Source: a virus (Duplodnaviria; Heunggongvirae; Uroviricota; Caudoviricetes). From it: a DNA stretch of 40,741 nt. Each line of letters starts with the position of its first letter. Position 1 is the stretch's first letter. The notes beneath the pieces were generated by a model. That model was not told where the DNA came from and did not search any database. It was given only the letters and a program-made list of their open reading frames with translations. The stretch covers positions 1 through 40,741 of the IMG/VR virus record IMGVR_UViG_2711768062_000003, one strand, 5' to 3'. This document shows, piece after piece, positions 36,116 to 40,741 of the stretch. A program made the position numbers and the translations under genes.

Positions 36116-37315
36116 ATGGCCCTCAATTTGGACACGCTCGGCTTATCGGCAACGGTAACCGCTGAGGGGATCAGCGCGCCTGATTACCAGACAATACTGG
36201 ACACCCTGACCAACTACTTTAAGCAGATATATGGCAGCGATGCTTATCTGGATCCTGACAGCAAAGACGGGCAGATGGTGGCGCTGGTGGCCCTGGCTAT
36301 TCACGATGCTAACAACACGGCCATTGCTGTTTACAACAGCTTTTCGCCTGCCACCGCTTATGGCGCAGGGCTGAGCAAGAACGTGAAAATAAACGGTATT
36401 AAAAGGAGAACGGCTACCAACTCAACGGTTGATTTGCTGCTTACCGGCGCGGCCGGTACGACCATTTCGAATGGCTCCGTCAGGGATAAGAATGGCCTGG
36501 TCTGGAGCATGCCGGCTTCCGTGGTAATTGGTTTAGACGGGACGGCGACGGTCACTGCCACCTGCTCAAATAGCGGCGCAGTGGCCGCGCTGTCCGGAAC
36601 GGTCACGACCATTAACACACCGACCCGCGGCTGGACTTCGGTAACTAACCCCGCGGCGGCCACCGTCGGATCCCCGGCGGAAACCGACGCAGAGCTGCGC
36701 ATCCGGCAGGGGCAGAGTGTCGCGCTACCCTCCATCACGCCGTTTGAAGGGGTGGACGGCGCGATAGTGAACGTTGCAGGGGTTACACGTCACAAGCTCT
36801 ACGAGAATGATACCGGCACGACCGACAGTAATGGGCTGCCGCCACACTCTATCTCTGCCATCGTGGATGGCGGCGATCTGACTGAAATCGCCCAGGCCAT
36901 CCGGGGCAATAAGGGGCAGGGGGTGTCAACGTATGGTGCGACAGCCGTCACGGTGCCGGATAAATACGGTAATCCCCATGTGATTCGCTTCTCCCGGTCA
37001 ACGGATGTTCCTATTTATGGACATATAACGCTGAAAGCTTTCGCGGGTTACACATCACAAATAGGTAAGGAGATTCAGCAGGCCGTTGCGGATTACATCA
37101 ACGACCTGACGATCGGTGATTCGGTGCTGCTGAGCCGCATTTATTCACCTGCCAACCTCGGGGTGGTCAGCGGCGGTAGCGCGCGTTATTACGACATCCA
37201 GGAATTACTCATCGGTAAATCAGCAGGATCCGTAGCATCGGCAAACATAACCATAGCCTACGACGAATCAGCTTCATGTAAACCGGCAAACATCGTTATC
37301 ACGGTGACGTCATGA
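36116..37315 (+). CDS. Baseplate J-like protein
   Basis: 399-aa ORF; position and size as gpJ/Mu gp47/e14 JayE. Confidence 0.65.
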   Translation: MALNLDTLGLSATVTAEGISAPDYQTILDTLTNYFKQIYGSDAYLDPDSKDGQMVALVALAIHDANNTAIAVYNSFSPATAYGAGLSKNVKINGIKRRTATNSTVDLLLTGAAGTTISNGSVRDKNGLVWSMPASVVIGLDGTATVTATCSNSGAVAALSGTVTTINTPTRGWTSVTNPAAATVGSPAETDAELRIRQGQSVALPSITPFEGVDGAIVNVAGVTRHKLYENDTGTTDSNGLPPHSISAIVDGGDLTEIAQAIRGNKGQGVSTYGATAVTVPDKYGNPHVIRFSRSTDVPIYGHITLKAFAGYTSQIGKEIQQAVADYINDLTIGDSVLLSRIYSPANLGVVSGGSARYYDIQELLIGKSAGSVASANITIAYDESASCKPANIVITVTS

Positions 37316-37992
37316 GTAGGTACACGGATCTAATCACTAACTACCACGCCACTAAGCCGAAATACCTCGATCACATCGATCTTAGTACCCGTCCCCTGAT
37401 TGATATCACGTCAGCCACAAGGGGCCTGGTGAGTGCGTTTGACATTGATACGGCTGTTGGCGTGCAACTCGATATTCTCGGACTCTGGATTGGACGTAGC
37501 CGTATAGTCAGCCAGCCCATTAGTGGCGTTTATTTCAGTTGGGACACGGAGGGGCTCGGATATGACCAGGGCGTATGGCAGGGGCCATATGATCCTAACT
37601 CCGGCTATACGACGCTTAGCGATGATACCTATCGCACTATTCTGAAAGCAAAAATCGCTATTAACAACTGGGACGGGCGTAACGACTCGCTTCCGGACAT
37701 TCTTGACACTGCCACAGTGGGTTCGGGCCTGAAGATGCAGATCGTCGACAATCAGGACATGACGATATCGGTCTGGGTATTTCCCGAGACTGATATTTCT
37801 GATGTGTCTCTCGAACTGATCGCCGCTATCAAACAGGGCTATCTCACCGTTAAAGCCGCTGGCGTCTGGGCCGGTGATGTTGAAATGCCTTCGGTTGAAA
37901 CACCGTCCGAAGGAACAAAATTCTTTGGATTTGACATGGATAACGAATACATCGCCGGTTTTGATGACGGCGCATGGGGGAGATTACTTTAA
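37312..37992 (+). CDS. Tail protein (gpI / Mu gp48 / e14 YmfQ-like position)
   Basis: 226-aa ORF; ATGA overlap with J-like gene; precedes tail fibre gene. Confidence 0.55.
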   Translation: MSRYTDLITNYHATKPKYLDHIDLSTRPLIDITSATRGLVSAFDIDTAVGVQLDILGLWIGRSRIVSQPISGVYFSWDTEGLGYDQGVWQGPYDPNSGYTTLSDDTYRTILKAKIAINNWDGRNDSLPDILDTATVGSGLKMQIVDNQDMTISVWVFPETDISDVSLELIAAIKQGYLTVKAAGVWAGDVEMPSVETPSEGTKFFGFDMDNEYIAGFDDGAWGRLL

Positions 37993-38636
37993 TGGCTGGA
38001 ACTAATGATTTTAAAGCGTTTGCGACAGATGCTAATGCAAATGTTACCTCGCAGGAGGAATGGGAGACGCTAACCGCACTGAAGAAAGGATTCTCCTCGG
38101 GTAAAGCATCCAGCGCACAGGTCAGTAAAGCGCTGCGCCAACCGTCGACGATGGCGGCTGTACTGGGGCAGTTTATCGCGAACGCCGAACTGGACGCGCT
38201 CGATGATGGTGACGTTGATGGACTGGTGGCAAAGCTGGCGACAGCGATTACCACAAACCTTGGTTTGGGAGAAGCGGCAAAACGGGATGTGGGTAACGGG
38301 CAAAACCAAATTCCTGATATGTCAGCGTGGGAGTGTGGGGGAGATACAACGACGGGATGGAGGCGAAGCCCGGATGGTTATATTGAACAATGGGGGCTAA
38401 CTGAGGCCACAACAAATGAAGTTTTGATTAATTTTCCTATCCCATTTCCGACAGCCGTCATTTCTATTAATGAACATGACCAGGCTCCTGTGGCAGGGAA
38501 AATGGCAGTATGGCAATTCTATAAATTGACTAACTCAAATGTCATAGCAGAGAACCTGGGATCTCTTGATAAAGGAAATCCATCCTTCAATGTTCCAACT
38601 ATCGCTGGTTGCCGCTGGTTTGCTACAGGAAGATAA
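37992..38636 (+). CDS. Tail fibre protein (short; constant N-terminus plus variable C-terminal part)
   Basis: 214 aa from ATG overlapping upstream stop; followed by tfa; counterpart variable segment on the opposite strand. Confidence 0.65.
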   Translation: MAGTNDFKAFATDANANVTSQEEWETLTALKKGFSSGKASSAQVSKALRQPSTMAAVLGQFIANAELDALDDGDVDGLVAKLATAITTNLGLGEAAKRDVGNGQNQIPDMSAWECGGDTTTGWRRSPDGYIEQWGLTEATTNEVLINFPIPFPTAVISINEHDQAPVAGKMAVWQFYKLTNSNVIAENLGSLDKGNPSFNVPTIAGCRWFATGR

Positions 38637-38637
38637 A

Positions 38638-39078
38638 ATGAGTAAATATCTTTACGATGCAAAAACTAATATGTTTTACCCATTTACTCTGGAAAGTCAG
38701 TATAAGGAGTCTGGGTTATGGCCTCATAATGGAGTTGAAGTTGATGAGGATATATTTATTAAGTACCTGTCCCCACCTCCAGGGAAAGTGAGAGTTGCGG
38801 GTGATGATGGCTATCCTGCATGGGATGACGTACCGCCGCTAACTCATGAAGAACAACAGTCAGAAGCGGAACGAAAAAAACAGGCACTCATAAATCGAGT
38901 TAATGAATATATTAACAGTAAGCAGTGGCCAGGAAAGGCTGCTATTGGTCGTCTGAAAGGTGAGGAACTGGCGCAATATAATTTGTGGCTGGATTATCTG
39001 GACGCACTGGAACTGGTTGATACCTCCAGTGCTCCAAATATTGAATGGCCTACGCCTCCGGCAGTTCAGGCCAGATGA
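38638..39078 (+). CDS. Tail fibre assembly protein (Tfa)
   Basis: 146 aa; C-terminal Tfa signature DTSSAPNIEWPTPP. Confidence 0.8.
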   Translation: MSKYLYDAKTNMFYPFTLESQYKESGLWPHNGVEVDEDIFIKYLSPPPGKVRVAGDDGYPAWDDVPPLTHEEQQSEAERKKQALINRVNEYINSKQWPGKAAIGRLKGEELAQYNLWLDYLDALELVDTSSAPNIEWPTPPAVQAR

Positions 39079-39652
39079 CATCCGGCGCGGTACTGGTATC
39101 TGTTACCGTCACCGCGTCAATGTAATCTAGCACACTGTTAAGTCGGGTGGTCTCTGCTTGCGTCAGCTTCCGCCCGGCCTGCAATTTCAGCTGAATCAGA
39201 CTGATGGAGGCCATAGCAGCATCAATCAGCGACTGGCGCTGTGCTTCTGCCACGTCTACTGCAGCGCTATGCTGTGCCTCAGTATCCGTCACCCATTTCT
39301 CACCATCCCATTTATCGTATGGCGTTAACGGGGCGATAGTGGTTGTATTTTCGGGATAGTCGCCTAGTGCTGTGATTTCTTTGGCATCTCCCGTTTCGGT
39401 GTTATAGACGATTTCACCGCGATGGTCTGACACATATTCCCATGATTTTAAATCCACAGAACGGCAAATTGTATAACCAGCCTTATATGTACCAGGACCG
39501 TCTAAACAGGAATATGCTGGAATACCGACACCCACTGCAAGATATTCAGTTGATTCAGAAATATATTCCCGAGTTTCACCATCATAGTTATAGACGGTAA
39601 TATTCCCCGCCTTCGTGGCAATAAGCTCGCTATTTAATACGGCATTATCCAT
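39050..39652 (-). CDS. Alternative tail fibre assembly protein (Tfa-prime, inverted orientation)
   Basis: 200 aa; Tfa signatures (DHRGEIVYNTETG ... DTSTAPDVIWPELP); convergent with and overlapping tfa. Confidence 0.8.
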   Translation of the reverse strand: MDNAVLNSELIATKAGNITVYNYDGETREYISESTEYLAVGVGIPAYSCLDGPGTYKAGYTICRSVDLKSWEYVSDHRGEIVYNTETGDAKEITALGDYPENTTTIAPLTPYDKWDGEKWVTDTEAQHSAAVDVAEAQRQSLIDAAMASISLIQLKLQAGRKLTQAETTRLNSVLDYIDAVTVTDTSTAPDVIWPELPEA

Positions 39653-40140
39653 TATGCAGCCCTCACGATAAAGTTAAATGCGATATTTCGTGGACGATTC
39701 TCTGATGCTGTTGGGATCTGTCTGGAGGCATCAAATTCAATCTGGCTATAAATCCCGTCGCTTGAGGTGATATTATTGATTTGCTGTTTGAGATACTTTC
39801 CCGCAAGATCAAAAACACCGGTACCGACAGAAAAAAGGCCATTAATATTTATCCCAAAATTACCTGTGATATTTCGAATTGCATCTCCCTGCGCGCTCAT
39901 TAACGCACGTCCGCTATCTACCCCGCGCCCATCATCCCAGCCTCGTAAAAACTCACCACGTAAATCTGGCAATTTATTTGTCGGGTAAGCCTTTGCCAGT
40001 TTCGGGTATTCCTCAGCAGAAAAAGGCGCACCGTTGCACTTAAGCCATCCCGTTGGTGGCGTTTCTGAAGGCCACGGAACAGGCACGCCAACAGGTAATG
40101 CAGAGCCTTCTCCCAAACCAACCTTTTTTATAACCATCAA
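39652..40140 (-). CDS. Alternative tail fibre variable C-terminal segment (lacks its own N-terminus; expressed only after inversion)
   Basis: 162-aa ORF, frame open upstream to the recombination site next to the invertase gene; stop overlaps Tfa-prime start. Confidence 0.6.
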   Translation of the reverse strand: MMVIKKVGLGEGSALPVGVPVPWPSETPPTGWLKCNGAPFSAEEYPKLAKAYPTNKLPDLRGEFLRGWDDGRGVDSGRALMSAQGDAIRNITGNFGININGLFSVGTGVFDLAGKYLKQQINNITSSDGIYSQIEFDASRQIPTASENRPRNIAFNFIVRAA

Positions 40141-40161
40141 AAATCTGGTGATGCTTCGCCG

Positions 40162-40187
40162 TTTCTCCTGTTTTCATAACAGGAGAA
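40162..40187. other. Candidate invertase recombination site (hix/gix-like 26-bp imperfect palindrome)
   Basis: TTTCTCCTGTTTTCATAACAGGAGAA: 12-bp half-sites TTCTCCTGTT(T/A)T in inverted orientation, 6 nt upstream of invertase ATG. Confidence 0.45.
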
Positions 40188-40192
40188 ATCCC

Positions 40193-40741
40193 ATGATTTA
40201 CGGTTATGCCCGAGTATCAACAAACCACCAGGACACTGAATTGCAACTAACGGCGCTCAAGTCAGCGGGTTGTGAGAAAATTTTTGAAGAGCATGCCAGC
40301 GGGAGGAAATCGAATCGGCCGGTTCTAAAACGGCTGATCACCACTATGCAGCCGGGGGATGAACTGGTGGTCTGGAAGCTGGACAGGATAGGCCGCAACG
40401 TTCTGCATGCGCTGTTGATGTTCCAGCAGTTACAGGAAAAGGATATCAACTTCCGCAGTATTACCGATGGCGTGGATCTCAAAACAGCCAGCGGCCGCTA
40501 TAACTTTCGTAACATCCTTTCCGCAGCACAATATGAATCTGATCTTAATAGCGAACGTACCTTAGCAGGGCTGGCCGTAGCCAGGGCAAAAGGGCGAGTT
40601 GGTGGTCGCAGGCCTAAGTTCACGGATGAGCAATGGCGGGAAATGGGGGAGCGGATGGCAACCGGTGAATCACGACAAAGCGTATCAAAAACGTATGGAG
40701 TAGGGCTCTCAACTCTGTATAAAAAGTTTCCAGCTAGCTGA
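40193..40741 (+). CDS. Serine DNA invertase (Gin/Pin/Hin/Cin family)
   Basis: 182 aa; strong collinear match to Gin from memory (MIYGYARVSTNHQD ... VVWKLDRIGRN ... INFRSITDGVDL ... RTLAGLAVARAKGRVGGRRPKF ... LSTLYKKFPA). Confidence 0.9.
   Translation: MIYGYARVSTNHQDTELQLTALKSAGCEKIFEEHASGRKSNRPVLKRLITTMQPGDELVVWKLDRIGRNVLHALLMFQQLQEKDINFRSITDGVDLKTASGRYNFRNILSAAQYESDLNSERTLAGLAVARAKGRVGGRRPKFTDEQWREMGERMATGESRQSVSKTYGVGLSTLYKKFPAS

Larger units (their letters stand above)
38090..40187. other. Candidate invertible DNA segment (Mu G-segment / e14 P-segment-like); left boundary approximate
   Basis: Architecture Sv-tfa then inverted tfa-prime-Sv-prime, adjacent invertase, near-palindromic site at right end. 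Confidence 0.5.
1..40741. mobile_element. Temperate prophage (Rac/e14-like lambdoid early region plus Mu-like late morphogenesis region); both ends probably extend beyond or coincide with the window edges
   Basis: Syntenic order integrase - recombination - repressor/cro - O/P - nin/rusA/Q - lysis - terminase - head - contractile tail - invertible tail fibre - invertase; att sites not visible. Confidence 0.85.

Noticed and set aside
1-40741. CRISPR arrays, tRNA/rRNA genes, insertion-sequence transposases
   Set aside because: No regularly spaced direct repeats with unique spacers, no tRNA-like T-loop/acceptor patterns and no transposase-like ORFs were found on reading both strands; the only tandem repeats are intragenic (iterons, terminase repeats, RecE repeats).

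Overview
The whole 40.7-kb window reads as one near-complete temperate prophage of the enterobacterial Rac/e14-like lambdoid type, joined to a Mu-like morphogenesis module. Left to right: a tyrosine integrase at the left edge; a leftward early operon (AlpA/Xis-like, RecT/Bet-like annealing protein, large RecE-like exonuclease, small Zn-ribbon and Kil-like ORFs); an immunity region (CI-like HTH repressor divergent from a Cro-like gene, palindromic AACAT/ATGTT operators, YdaT/CII-like gene); replication genes O and P with iterons inside O; a nin-like region (DinI homologue behind a LexA box, RusA, Q-like antiterminator); a phage-21-type lysis cassette (pinholin, SAR endolysin, Rz with embedded Rz1); then terminase small and large subunits, portal, Mu F-like head protein, scaffold, major capsid, contractile-tail genes (sheath, tube, chaperone with a -1 frameshift extension, tape measure, baseplate); and a tail-fibre/assembly cassette in Mu G-segment/e14 P-segment arrangement ending in a Gin/Pin/Hin-family DNA invertase at the right edge. 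No tRNA, rRNA or CRISPR array was found. Several AT-rich accessory (moron) loci interrupt the conserved backbone. The best candidate for an undescribed system is a three-gene operon (Zn-ribbon protein plus two small membrane proteins, own promoter and terminator) immediately downstream of the repressor, in the position lambda uses for rexAB/sieB. A second candidate is an AT-rich island with a signal-peptide protein inserted between baseplate genes. All calls rest on reading the sequence and recalled family signatures; no database search or computed statistic was available, and compositional statements are by eye.
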